Shown piece by piece: positions 50,307-58,855 of a DNA stretch of 64,000 bases (position 1 is its first letter; each line of letters starts with the position of its first letter). This DNA is from a bacterium (GTDB taxonomy: Bacteria; Planctomycetota; UBA1135; UBA2386), in NCBI GenBank assembly GCA_024743115.1, contig JANSXC010000004.1:140113-204112 (forward strand), written 5' to 3'. Under the pieces are notes generated by a model. The model did no database searches. It was not told the DNA's origin and saw only the letters and a list, made by a program, of their open reading frames with translations. The position numbers and the translations under genes are program-made.

Positions 50307-53300
50307 ATGAAACTGCGACTCGCTCTGCCAGGCCTGGTTCTTCTCAGCTTCACGACGCCCCTCGTGGCGCAGACCCCGATGGAGATCGAGATGATGCGCG
50401 CGGCTGCGGCGGCGGGCATGCCCCCAGGGGCCGTGATCCAGTCCGGCGACGGCCCGGCCAGCGCTGCCTCCGGTGGCGACAGCGAAGCCGACAAGGCGGC
50501 CAAGGCGATGCTCGCGAAGTGGAAGAAGCTCGTCTTCGACCGTCGCCCCTCGTCGGTGCTCGCGGCCTGGGCCGCGCCTGAGCTGAAGCCCTACGATCCC
50601 GCCGAAGAGAAGAAGAAGATCGACGACGACCTGCGCGAGATGGTCCTCGAGCAATTCGGGGTCGATCCGACCAAGGTCGAGGCGCCGAAGGCCGAGACCA
50701 AGAAGCCGACCGATACGGCAGCGAAGGCTGCGGCGCAGCAACTCGAGGCGAAGACGCTCCAGCGCGAGCTCGAGATGTTCCAGCGCGATGTCACGTTGTC
50801 ACGTTGGGACAAGGTCGCCGAGTTCTTCGGCGCGCTGCCCGAGAAGGAGCAGAAGGGCGCGTACGAGCACTTCCTCAAGCAGTTGCTCAAGCACCCGCGG
50901 ACAGCAGCGGATCGCCGCGTGCCCTCGAATCTGCAGGAGAAGAACCGGTTCTCGTTCGGTGAAACACTGATCCTCGCCGGCATGGCGCCGGGTGGGTTCG
51001 ACAAGAAGCAGGTCAAGCTGCTCGCGCCGCTCGTGCGACGGGCGCTCGACGACGGCAACGTCGTCGAAGAACTCATTCGGCTGCTCGGCGAAGAGATCGT
51101 GTTGCCCGAGGAGGAGCAACGGCTCGATCGTCGCGAGGCCGCGATGCTGCTGTCGGCGCTCAAACAGGAGCGGGAGCTCGGCGCGTTCCTGCCCTCGCCC
51201 GAAGAGGCCGAGGAGAAGAACGATCGCGAGGCCCTCAATCTGCTCGCGCGCCACAACCTCGCGATGTTCGCGAAGGAGAAGCGCAATCAGTTTCTCGAAG
51301 CGGCATGGCGGGTGACGCAGGCGGTGCTCAAGAAGGGCGAGGTCGAGAAGGAGGAGAAAGAGGAGGCGCTGCTGCGAGCCGTCGACCTCGCGCCGCGGGT
51401 GAGCGAAGAGCTCGGCCCGAAGTGGCTCGCGCAGAGCTTCACGGAGCAGCCTGTGCGCGGCATGGAGATCATCGCGACGATCGGCGGCGAAGCCGCGAAG
51501 GGCTTTCAGAAGCACGCGAAGAACATCGACTACCGCAGCAAGGTCCTCAAGCTGCAGAAGGTCGCCGTCGATGCGCTCCTCGAATCGGCGCCGCAGCTCG
51601 CGGAGGAATGGCGGCCGACGCTCGCGCTGCTCGCTGCCGGTTGGATCGTCGAGGCGTCGTACACCAACCAATACAGCAAGACGTCGCGCTACGGCCCGAT
51701 GATGCAGCGCGACTCGTTCGGCAACATCTTCTGGTCGTCGCAGCGCATGGGGGGCGGCGGTCAGGTGTCCGCGGTCGAGCCGGCCGACATGATCGAGGCG
51801 CAGCCGGGCGGGGCGTGGGTCACGATGCTCAACGACGAGCTGCGGCCGCATTTCCAGGCCGTGTCCGCGCAGCTGTTCCTCAAGGTGCAGGAGGACGAGA
51901 AGGCGTTCCCGTTCATCGAGCAGCTGGCCGAGGTCAACCCGCGCAAGGCCAAGGATCTCGCCGACGAGTTCCTGCGTGTCTGGATGCGCAACAACAACCC
52001 CAACGTCAACAACAACCGCACCAACCCGTACATGTTCATCTACGGGTTCGACCGGCGCGCCGGCGGCATTCCGCTCACGCGCAGCAAGCAGGAGCGCAAC
52101 CTCGAGGCACTGTCGCGCTGGGTCGCGCGGTTGCGCAAGCTGCCGATCGGCGGCGTGGATCAGAAGCTGCTGAGTCAGGCCTTCGTCGCCGCCCACAGCA
52201 CGGCCGAGGTCTACCAGCTCGAGACGATCGAGAACGTGTTCGGCGACGTGGGTGATCTCGAGCCCGTGTTGCTCGGTGAGCTGCTGTCGAAGATGCGCGC
52301 CAACCTCGCGACCGTGTGGCGTCGCCCCGACGTTCAGGAGGAGAAGAAGACCCGGCGCCGCGAGAAGGAGATGATGGCCGAAGTCATGAAGGGCTACGCC
52401 ACAGCGCTCAACGTCGCACGTGACGTCATGACCAGGCAGGGCGATCACTGGGCGCTGCTGTCGCTCACGGGTGCGATCCTTCACGACCAGAACAATTTCG
52501 CCAAGGAGCAGAAGCGCGACAGCAACTTCTCCGAGGCGCGCAAGGGTGCGTTCGCGCTCTTCCAGTCCGCCGCGGAGGATTACGTCGAGCGGGCGCCGGA
52601 TCTACGGCTGGACGAAGAGACGATCTCCGCGTTCGACACCTGGTTCTATGCCGCGCTGGGCGCCTGCGATCTCGGCGTCGTCGACGAAGAGACGGTCGTG
52701 GCGAAGAGCCAGCTGCCGCTCATCAAGCAGGCGCTCGCGAGTTTGCCGAAGGGCAGTCGCGAGCGGCACGAGTCGATGTTCGCGAACGCGCTGTTCACGC
52801 GCATGTCGTCGGTGCGGCCGCAGATCAAGTTCCGCTATCTCGAGGCCGGCTTCGAGATCGTTGGCGACCATCCGCAGGCTGCCGAGGCGCGCAAGGTCTG
52901 GGACTACTACGCCGACCTCACGCACGAGCTCAGGCTCGAGGTCGTCGTCGACGGGCCCACCGAGGTCGCGACCGGCGAGTTCGGCGTGCGCGTCGACATC
53001 GTCCACACGGATGCGATCGAGCGCGAGAGCGGCGGCTTCGCGAAGTACGCGCAGAACCAGAACAACATGAGCTACGCCTACAACTATGGGCGGCCGCTCG
53101 AGAACTACCGCGATCGCTTCGACGAGGCGGTGCGCACCGCGCTCAGCGAGCACTTCGAGGTGCTGTCCGTGACGTGGAACGGCGAGCAGATGGAGAGCGA
53201 GTCGACCGATCAGGTCGGCTGGCGGCGGACGCCGTACGCCTATTTGCTGCTGCAGGCGCGCGGGGAAGAGGTCGATCGCATTCCAGCGATCCAGATGGAC

Positions 53301-54101
53301 TTCGACTTCCTCGACACGTCGGGCTACGCGATCCTGCCGATCGGCTCGGCGCCCGTCGCGATCGATGCATCGACTGCGGCCACCACGCCGCGGCCCTACC
53401 AGAACCTCAAGGTGACGCAGCTGCTCGACGAGCGGCGCGTCGACGAAGGCAAGCTGACGCTCGAGATCAAGGCCAAGGCCGAGGGTCTCGTGCCGGATCT
53501 CGACGACTTCCTCGCGATGGAACTGCCGGGTTACAGGATCGACAAGTCCGACGACCAGGGAGCGACGATTTCGAAGTTCGCCGATGACCAGCTCTTCGTC
53601 GAGACCGAGCGCGTCTGGCTGCTGTCGCTCGTGCCGGAAGAGGGCGACGACTTCGGGGAGGAGTTCGTCTTTGCCCGGCCGACGGCCGAAGACGTCGAGG
53701 CGGTCTACCAGCGCTACGCCGATGCGGACCTGCAGACCGTGGACCCGCGGATCGCGCTCGCGCAGCCCGGGCCCGAGGACGTGCCCGTCTGGTTCTGGGT
53801 GCTCATCGCGGTGGCGCTGGTGCTGTTCAGCATCTGGTTCTTCGCCGTGCAGCCGGGCGGTGGTGGTGCAACGACGGCCGACGGCGGCGTCCAGTTGCCG
53901 GGCACGATCTCGGCGTTCTCGGTGCTCGGTTTACTGCGGCAGCTCGAGACCGGTGCGCCGCTCACGGCGCCTGAGCGCGAAGAGCTCACCGCCACGATCA
54001 CCCGGATCGAGGCGGTCCACTTCGCGCGGTCCCAGGACCCCGACCTCGATCTCGAAGCCGTCGCCCGCGATTGGCTCGGCCGCGCGAATCGCCGCGCCTG
54101 A
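50307..54101 (+). CDS. 1264-aa secreted/membrane-anchored protein; the C-terminal third is BatD-like by architecture
   Basis: In frame with ORF 49764-54101, start ATG 50307 (MKLRLALPGLVLLSFTTPLVAQ, signal). It has a Lys/Glu-rich N-region and a long helical middle. The C-terminal part has beta-rich segments (LRLEVVVDGPTEVATGEFGVRVDIVH, IPAIQMDFDFLDTSGYAILPIG, KLTLEIKAKAEG). A TM (VWFWVLIAVALVLFSIWFFAV) and a ~80-aa tail follow. Confidence 0.6.
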   Translation: MKLRLALPGLVLLSFTTPLVAQTPMEIEMMRAAAAAGMPPGAVIQSGDGPASAASGGDSEADKAAKAMLAKWKKLVFDRRPSSVLAAWAAPELKPYDPAEEKKKIDDDLREMVLEQFGVDPTKVEAPKAETKKPTDTAAKAAAQQLEAKTLQRELEMFQRDVTLSRWDKVAEFFGALPEKEQKGAYEHFLKQLLKHPRTAADRRVPSNLQEKNRFSFGETLILAGMAPGGFDKKQVKLLAPLVRRALDDGNVVEELIRLLGEEIVLPEEEQRLDRREAAMLLSALKQERELGAFLPSPEEAEEKNDREALNLLARHNLAMFAKEKRNQFLEAAWRVTQAVLKKGEVEKEEKEEALLRAVDLAPRVSEELGPKWLAQSFTEQPVRGMEIIATIGGEAAKGFQKHAKNIDYRSKVLKLQKVAVDALLESAPQLAEEWRPTLALLAAGWIVEASYTNQYSKTSRYGPMMQRDSFGNIFWSSQRMGGGGQVSAVEPADMIEAQPGGAWVTMLNDELRPHFQAVSAQLFLKVQEDEKAFPFIEQLAEVNPRKAKDLADEFLRVWMRNNNPNVNNNRTNPYMFIYGFDRRAGGIPLTRSKQERNLEALSRWVARLRKLPIGGVDQKLLSQAFVAAHSTAEVYQLETIENVFGDVGDLEPVLLGELLSKMRANLATVWRRPDVQEEKKTRRREKEMMAEVMKGYATALNVARDVMTRQGDHWALLSLTGAILHDQNNFAKEQKRDSNFSEARKGAFALFQSAAEDYVERAPDLRLDEETISAFDTWFYAALGACDLGVVDEETVVAKSQLPLIKQALASLPKGSRERHESMFANALFTRMSSVRPQIKFRYLEAGFEIVGDHPQAAEARKVWDYYADLTHELRLEVVVDGPTEVATGEFGVRVDIVHTDAIERESGGFAKYAQNQNNMSYAYNYGRPLENYRDRFDEAVRTALSEHFEVLSVTWNGEQMESESTDQVGWRRTPYAYLLLQARGEEVDRIPAIQMDFDFLDTSGYAILPIGSAPVAIDASTAATTPRPYQNLKVTQLLDERRVDEGKLTLEIKAKAEGLVPDLDDFLAMELPGYRIDKSDDQGATISKFADDQLFVETERVWLLSLVPEEGDDFGEEFVFARPTAEDVEAVYQRYADADLQTVDPRIALAQPGPEDVPVWFWVLIAVALVLFSIWFFAVQPGGGGATTADGGVQLPGTISAFSVLGLLRQLETGAPLTAPEREELTATITRIEAVHFARSQDPDLDLEAVARDWLGRANRRA

Positions 54102-54133
54102 CCCTTCCTTTCTCGTTCGCTCGCTGATCCCCA

Positions 54134-55138
54134 ATGACTGCCCAAGATGCCCCCGCCACGGCTCGGTTTACCGAGACCCGTGAGTTCCTCGCTCAGATTC
54201 GTAACCGAGTCAACAAGACGGTCGTCGGCCAGGAAGTGGTCATCGAGCGCGCGCTGATCGCGATGCTGACCTCGGGTCACCTGCTGCTGCAGGGCGTTCC
54301 CGGTCTCGCGAAGACGCTGCTCGTCGCGGCGGTCAGCAAGGCGATCGATCTGCAGTTCTCGCGCATTCAGTTCACGATCGACCTGTTGCCGTCCGACATC
54401 CTCGGTTCGGAGATCCTCGATCAGAAGACCAACGAGTTCCGCACCCACAAGGGGCCGATCTTCACCAACCTGTTGCTCGCCGACGAGATCAACCGCGCGG
54501 CGCCGAAGGTGCAGAGCGCGCTGCTCGAGGCGATGCAGGAGCGTCGGGTCACGATTGGCAACGAGAACTATGCGTTGCCGGCACCGTTCCTCGTGATCGC
54601 GACGCAGAACCCGGTCGAGCAGGCCGGCACGTTCGAGCTGCCCGAGGCGCAGCTTGACCGCTTCATGCTGCTGCACCGGCTCGAGTATCTCGAGCCGGAG
54701 GACGAGAAGGAAGTTCTGCGCCGCAACATGAAGCTCGGAGTCCGCCGCGAGGGCAAGGGCGCGGTCGCGCGTACCGAGTTCGATGCGATCGAGGACACGA
54801 TGAGGGGTAGTACCGAGAAGCTCGTGCAGGCGATGGAGGATGTGCAGGAAGTGCACGTCAGTGAGGCGTTCCTCGAGCACACGATCGAGATCGTCAACCG
54901 CACGCGCAACCACCCGAAGCTCGAACTCGGCTGCAGTCCGCGCGCGGGCATCTCGCTCGTCAAGGCGTCGCGCGCCCGCGCGCTGATCCACGGCCGCGAC
55001 TACGTGCTGCCTGAGGATCTGTTCGCGCTCGCGGAGGACGTCGTGCTGCACCGCATTCGTCTGACCTACGAGGCGATCGCCGAGGGCTTCACGGGCCCGC
55101 AGGTCCTGCAGGAGATCCTCTCCGAGACCGCGCAATGA
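54134..55138 (+). CDS. MoxR family AAA+ ATPase
   Basis: ORF 54134-55138. It contains VVGQEVVIERALIAMLTSGHLLLQGVPGLAKT (Walker A), LLADEINRAAPKVQSALLEAMQE (Walker B/sensor) and ATQNPVEQAGTFELPEAQLDRF. Confidence 0.95.
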   Translation: MTAQDAPATARFTETREFLAQIRNRVNKTVVGQEVVIERALIAMLTSGHLLLQGVPGLAKTLLVAAVSKAIDLQFSRIQFTIDLLPSDILGSEILDQKTNEFRTHKGPIFTNLLLADEINRAAPKVQSALLEAMQERRVTIGNENYALPAPFLVIATQNPVEQAGTFELPEAQLDRFMLLHRLEYLEPEDEKEVLRRNMKLGVRREGKGAVARTEFDAIEDTMRGSTEKLVQAMEDVQEVHVSEAFLEHTIEIVNRTRNHPKLELGCSPRAGISLVKASRARALIHGRDYVLPEDLFALAEDVVLHRIRLTYEAIAEGFTGPQVLQEILSETAQ

Positions 55139-56031
55139 GTGTGGCCGGCCATTCCAGGTCCGGCCGTGCTGGTGCGGCAGGACGACTGGGTTCCCTCGAC
55201 CCGCTGCCCGCGAAGAAGTTCGTCATCGGGGTGCAGAAGCTGGCCGACGATCTGACCTACGGTCTCGATGGTTCGCGCTACTGCGGCTCGGGCATCGACT
55301 ACGTGCAGTCGCGGCCCTACCAGGAAGGCGACTCGGTCAAGGCCATCGACTGGCGCGTCACGGCGCGGTCGGGCAAGCATCACGTCAAGGAGTACGAGGC
55401 ACAGCGGCGTTACCCGGCGTGGTTCGTCATCGATACGTCCGCGTCGATGACCGTCTCGTCGACCCGCATCAGCAAGTACGAACTCGCGCTGCGCACGGCC
55501 GGTGGCCTCGCGCTCGCGTGTCTCGACCGCATGAGCCCGGTCGGGGTGCTCGGGGCCGGTGCGAGCGACCTGCGCATCGAACCGAGCCTCGCGAAGGACC
55601 TCGTGCTGCAGTGGCTGCTGCGGTTGCGCGACTACCGGCTCGACGAGCCGACGCGCATCGTTCGCCGGCTTGCGGAGCTGCGGCCGACGCTGAAGGCCCG
55701 CTCGCTGATCTTCGTCTGCAGCGATCTGCACGAGCCCGAAGCGGTGCACTCGATCGCGATGCTCGCGCAGCAGCACGAGGTCGCGGTGCTGCAGTTTCAG
55801 GACCCGGCCGAGGTGACGCTGCGCGGCGCCGGTTTCCTGCGCGCGCAGGAGGCGGAGACGGGTCGCGGTTTCGTGACTCACGGTGGTCGCCAGGTGATGG
55901 ATCAGGAACGCATCGCGGGCGAACTGCGTCGGGGTGGCGTCGGCCACCTGTTGATCCGCACGGACCAGCCGTTTCTGCCCAAGCTGCGCCTCTTCCTGCG
56001 GTCGCGCGGCATGTCTCGGGGGGCGCGATGA
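55135..56031 (+). CDS. DUF58 domain protein (MoxR partner)
   Basis: ORF 55135-56031 shares an ATGA overlap with moxR. It contains SRPYQEGDSVKAIDWRVTARSGKHHVKEYE, the DUF58 signature, and then FVIDTSASM. Confidence 0.9.
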   Translation: MSVAGHSRSGRAGAAGRLGSLDPLPAKKFVIGVQKLADDLTYGLDGSRYCGSGIDYVQSRPYQEGDSVKAIDWRVTARSGKHHVKEYEAQRRYPAWFVIDTSASMTVSSTRISKYELALRTAGGLALACLDRMSPVGVLGAGASDLRIEPSLAKDLVLQWLLRLRDYRLDEPTRIVRRLAELRPTLKARSLIFVCSDLHEPEAVHSIAMLAQQHEVAVLQFQDPAEVTLRGAGFLRAQEAETGRGFVTHGGRQVMDQERIAGELRRGGVGHLLIRTDQPFLPKLRLFLRSRGMSRGAR

Positions 56032-56930
56032 GTTCCACTCGCAGCACGGGGCCCAGCATGTGGGGACGGATGCCGAGTTGTCTGGTGCGCCTGTTCGGGG
56101 CCGCACTCTTCGTTGTCGCGACCGCCGTCGCGCAGGTTCAGAACGATCGCGAATCGACGGTCGGGATGCGCGCGCGCATTCACGAGCTCGTCTTGCCGGG
56201 ATCCGAGGTGACGGTCAAACCGACGGGTCACGACACGCCCGTCGTCGTCCGCATCACGGCGAAGCGACCGCACGGTGACGCGTTCCGCTACGATCTCGAA
56301 TGGGTGGCGCTCGAAGTGGGCTCGCACGACTTGCGGGATTACCTCGCGCGCAAGGACGGTTCGCCGCTCGAGGGGTTGCCAGAGCTGACGGTGGAGGTCG
56401 CCGCCGTGCGGCCGGCGGATCAGACCGAGCCCGTCGATCCCACGCCGATCCGCCCGGAGAACACCGGCGGCTACACCGTGCAGCTCGTAGTCGCGACGGT
56501 GATCTGGATCATCGGTTTGCTCGCGATCCTGTTCGTCGGCCGCAAGCGCAAGGCGGTAGCCCGCGCCACGGAAGCACCGCCGACGCTCGCGGATCGGCTG
56601 CAGCCGTTCGTTGCCGCGGCCGCCGACGGTAGCGCGACCGATGCCGAGAAAGCCGAGCTCGAGCGGCTGCTCGTCGCGTTCTGGCGCGAGAGGCTCGAAC
56701 TCGAAGGCCTCAAGGCGGACCGGGCGATTGCGAAGATCCGCGAGCACGACGAGGCGGGGCAGCTCGTGCGTCAGCTCGAGGCGTGGTTGCACATGCCCGA
56801 GCCGCCGCAGGCCGTCGACGTCGAGGGGCTGCTGGCGCCGTATCGCAGCGTCTCGGCCGCGGAGTTCGATGAGTCGCGTGTCGGCGTCGCCGCCGGAGCG
56901 GCTACCGGAGTGGGCGGGAGGCGGGCCTGA
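56028..56930 (+). CDS. Membrane protein of the Bat-type operon (DUF4381-like position and topology)
   Basis: In frame with ORF 55419-56930. ATG 56028 forms an ATGA overlap. It has a signal or anchor segment, a mid TM (VVATVIWIIGLLAILFVG) and a helical tail (AEKAELERLLVAFWRERLELEG). Confidence 0.55.
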   Translation: MSSTRSTGPSMWGRMPSCLVRLFGAALFVVATAVAQVQNDRESTVGMRARIHELVLPGSEVTVKPTGHDTPVVVRITAKRPHGDAFRYDLEWVALEVGSHDLRDYLARKDGSPLEGLPELTVEVAAVRPADQTEPVDPTPIRPENTGGYTVQLVVATVIWIIGLLAILFVGRKRKAVARATEAPPTLADRLQPFVAAAADGSATDAEKAELERLLVAFWRERLELEGLKADRAIAKIREHDEAGQLVRQLEAWLHMPEPPQAVDVEGLLAPYRSVSAAEFDESRVGVAAGAATGVGGRRA

Positions 56931-57841
56931 TGTTCGCGCGCCCCTGGCTGCTGTTGCTGCTGCTGTTGCCGCTCTTGCATCTCGTCTGGGTCTGGCGGCG
57001 TCGCGGCCGGCGCGTCGCGTTGCCGTTCGATCAGGGACTCGGCGGCAGCGGTTGGCCGCTGCGTGCGGTGCTCGGCTTTGGTGAATCGCTGCCGGCGCTG
57101 TTGCTCGCGGTCGCGGTGCTCGTACTCGCGCTGCCGCAGGAACTCGCGGCGCCGAAGCAGAAGCGGGCGTTGACCAACATCCAGTTCTGCGTCGACATCT
57201 CGGGTTCGATGACGGCCCAGTTCGGCAAAGGCACGCGCTACGACGCCTCGATGCGCGCGATCAACGAGTTCCTCGACTACCGGTCGGGGGATGCGTTCGG
57301 ACTCACGTTCTTCGGCAACAGCTACCTGCACTGGGTGCCGCTCACGAGCGACCCGTCGGCGTTCCGCTGTTCGATTCCATTCATGCGGCCGGAGAACAGA
57401 ATTCCTGGCTTCGGCGGCACCGAGATTGGCAAGGCCGTGATGGCGTGTCGCGAAGAGCTCATCAACCGCAGTGAGGGCGATCGCATGATCATCCTCGTGA
57501 CCGACGGCTGGAGCTCTGACCTCGGCGGCGGCAACGACATGGAGATCGCGAAGAAGCTACGCCGCGACGACATCACGTTGTTTGCGATCAACATTCAGGA
57601 CATGGATGCGCGCGGCGAGATCGTCAACCTGGCGCGCGCATCGGGCGGTGAGGTGTTCAATCCCGGCGACACGAAGGCGCTCGAGGGCGTGTTCAAGAGC
57701 ATCGACGAGATGTCGAAGGCGGAGTTGGAGCAGACGACCGCAGAACTCGTCGACTGGTTCTGGCCGTTCGCGCTCGCGGGGCTCTGCGTGCTCGGGGTCT
57801 TGGGGCTCATGCAGCTCGGACTGAGGTACACGCCATGGTGA
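56930..57841 (+). CDS. VWA domain membrane protein (BatA-like)
   Basis: ORF 56930-57841 shares a TGATG overlap. It has an N-terminal TM (WLLLLLLLPLLHLVWVW), the MIDAS motif CVDISGSM, ILVTDGWS, and a C-terminal TM. Confidence 0.88.
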   Translation: MFARPWLLLLLLLPLLHLVWVWRRRGRRVALPFDQGLGGSGWPLRAVLGFGESLPALLLAVAVLVLALPQELAAPKQKRALTNIQFCVDISGSMTAQFGKGTRYDASMRAINEFLDYRSGDAFGLTFFGNSYLHWVPLTSDPSAFRCSIPFMRPENRIPGFGGTEIGKAVMACREELINRSEGDRMIILVTDGWSSDLGGGNDMEIAKKLRRDDITLFAINIQDMDARGEIVNLARASGGEVFNPGDTKALEGVFKSIDEMSKAELEQTTAELVDWFWPFALAGLCVLGVLGLMQLGLRYTPW

Positions 57842-58839
57842 TGCCGCTCGCGCTCGCTGGGGTCGCGGCGCTACTCGTCCTGATTGGCGAGGTGCTGCAG
57901 TGGAACCGCATGCATCGGCATGCCAACCTCCTGTTCGGCTTCGGCGGCCGGCCGCGCGGCTGGGTGCGGCTCGTGCCGCTCCTGCGCACGCTATTGGCCG
58001 GTGGCCTCGCGTGGTCGCTCACGACGCTCATGCTCGTCGAGCCCGTCGTGCACCAGTCGGACGAGATCCCGGAGGAGGAGTGGCGCCATCTGGTGCTCGT
58101 GCTCGATGTGTCGCCGAGCATGATGCTGCGCGACGCGGGGCCGGCCGGGAAGCAGAGCCGGCGTGAGCGCGCGAAGGAACTGGTCGATTCGCTGTTCGAA
58201 CGCGTACCGATCGGCAAGTTCAAGATCTCGGTCGTCGCGACCTTCAACGGTGCCAAGCCCGTGGTCCAGGACACCAAGGACATCGAACTCGTGCGCCACA
58301 TCATGGGGGCGCTCGAGATGCGTTATGCGTTCAAGAAGGGCAAGACCCGCCTGTTCGACGGCATTGCGGAGGCCGTGAAGCTCGGCCGGCACTGGCGCGC
58401 CAAGAGCGCGTTGCTCGTGATTGTCACGGATGGTGACACGGTGCCTGCGACGGGCATGCCCGAGCTGCCGCCGTCGTTCGGGGGCTCGCTCGTGATCGGC
58501 GTTGGCGATCACATCCACGGCAAATTCATCGCGGGGCACCAGTCGCGGCAGGACACCAGCACGCTTCGCCAGGTCGCGATTCGCATGGGCGGCGAGTTCC
58601 ACAACGGCAACCGCCGCCATGTTCCGAGCGACGTGCTCGCGGCCGCCGCCGCGGACTCGCGCAAGCCGCTCATCGAACGGCTGACGCTGCGTGAGTACGC
58701 GATGATCGTCCTGGTCGTCTGCAGCGTGTTGCTCGCGCTGTTGCCGCTGCTGCTGCACTACTTCGGTTCGGGTTACCGCGCGGGTGTGCCGGTCGCGGTG
58801 CGAGGTGTGGAAACCGCAGCGCTCTCGGCGACTTCCTGA
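57835..58839 (+). CDS. VWA domain membrane protein (BatB-like)
   Basis: ORF 57835-58839. It has N-terminal TMs, the MIDAS motif VLDVSPSM, VIVTDGDT, and a C-terminal TM (MIVLVVCSVLLALLPLLL). ATG 57841 is an alternative start. Confidence 0.85.
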   Translation: MVMPLALAGVAALLVLIGEVLQWNRMHRHANLLFGFGGRPRGWVRLVPLLRTLLAGGLAWSLTTLMLVEPVVHQSDEIPEEEWRHLVLVLDVSPSMMLRDAGPAGKQSRRERAKELVDSLFERVPIGKFKISVVATFNGAKPVVQDTKDIELVRHIMGALEMRYAFKKGKTRLFDGIAEAVKLGRHWRAKSALLVIVTDGDTVPATGMPELPPSFGGSLVIGVGDHIHGKFIAGHQSRQDTSTLRQVAIRMGGEFHNGNRRHVPSDVLAAAAADSRKPLIERLTLREYAMIVLVVCSVLLALLPLLLHYFGSGYRAGVPVAVRGVETAALSATS

Positions 58840-58855
58840 GTCGCGTCTGCGGAGC

